A program made the position numbers and the translations under genes. A DNA stretch of 63,605 nucleotides, the filler included, from Basidioascus undulatus (taxonomy: Eukaryota), in NCBI GenBank assembly GCA_000826855.1. It is 4 parts of 4 records of this genome, joined end to end, with 100 filler letters (N's around TTAATTAATTAA, not from the genome) between each part and the next. Parts side by side here need not be neighbours in the genome. Positions count along the whole stretch, not along the records: positions 55,084 to 63,605 come from JTLS01001043.1; 3 more parts are not named here. One strand, given 5' to 3'. Below the pieces are notes generated by a model. The model saw nothing but the letters and a program-made list of their open reading frames with translations, was not told the DNA's origin and made no database searches. Shown here piece after piece: positions 62,972 through 63,605 of this stretch; position 1 is the first letter of the stretch; each line of letters opens with the position of its first letter.

Positions 62972-63605
62972 GCGCGTAGAGTTGGTGCAGGTGGACACGA
63001 TGCATATTTCTTATACCCAGCCTTCGAGTGGCGTATGGCATTGGTTTGCGGCGCTCTCTGGTCTTGTAGCACTTGTAACAGAAAAGGCATCCGCAGCTTG
63101 CTATCAATTGCAACGACTACGCTCGTCCTGGCCTGGCTGGCCTCGTTTCCCACCGCCCTCCTCATCCCCTCTCTTCGCCTGCGTCTCTCTCGCATCTCTG
63201 TCGCTGTACCGTTCTCATTGTTCTCGGCCTGACGAAGAAGATTCTGTGTTACATGTAAGTCTGAAAGTCAACTGTCAGATCCATCTTTGCCCATCCTTTG
63301 CCACCTTCCCGGCACAATCCTGGCACAACCGCTCGCGTTTCATGGCAGACCCGGCAGGCCACGACAGAACGGAATAAGAAGCTTCGTGCGAGCACCGAAC
63401 AAGTACATTAATCGCTTTAAGCTCATCATCAAAGAGCACCACAACCTCGGAAGACAACAATATTCAACACCGAACAACAATTTGTAGCGACCACATCTAC
63501 ACCCTCGCTTTCCCTTCAGAGCTTTCCCTTTAGAACTCCATAGGCAGCGGGAACTGAGGCGCGGGCCCCTCGATCGACGCCGGCGGGGCCAGTCCTCCCT
63601 CTCCC

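Noticed and set aside
61222..63377. Long alternative-frame and antisense ORFs (585 aa, 313 aa, 286 aa) over ERB1, and similar ones over other genes
   Set aside because: These are Arg/Ser/Pro-rich shadow frames produced by high GC3 codon bias.
1..63605. CRISPR arrays, rRNA, intact transposons or prophage
   Set aside because: No repeat-spacer arrays, rRNA sequence, or transposase/RT/integrase motifs were seen.

Overview
This is eukaryotic, GC-rich, intron-dense fungal DNA. Short GT..AG introns with GTGCGT/GTGAGT donors and CTGAC/CTAAC branch sites, plus the protein families present, point to a basidiomycete, possibly a Pucciniomycotina-like yeast. It is not one locus: four contigs (1-31777, 31878-43386, 43487-54983, 55084-63605) are joined by artificial 100-nt N44-TTAATTAATTAA-N44 spacers. 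Apparently intact genes: kinesin (5' part), GT31 glycosyltransferase, PHO84, COG3, a Pcl-type cyclin, two F-box-like proteins, ZPR1, an alpha/beta-hydrolase-fold protein, tRNA-Ala(CGC), guanine deaminase, dUTPase, mitochondrial uS14, COA2-like and ERB1. Three things stand out. (1) The GT31 gene has no stop codon of its own and runs in frame into the C-terminal ~135 aa of SAICAR synthetase (ADE1). (2) Accessory genes are decaying among intact housekeeping genes: a cutinase lacking its catalytic His, a 2-RRM gene, a DHA1 MFS transporter, DUF2264, an internally deleted beta-lactamase-like gene and a GH3 glycosidase. (3) A bacterial sucC-sucD fragment is joined to a fungal intron at a contig end. 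All calls come from manual translation and motif recognition; no database searches were run, and gene spans include introns.
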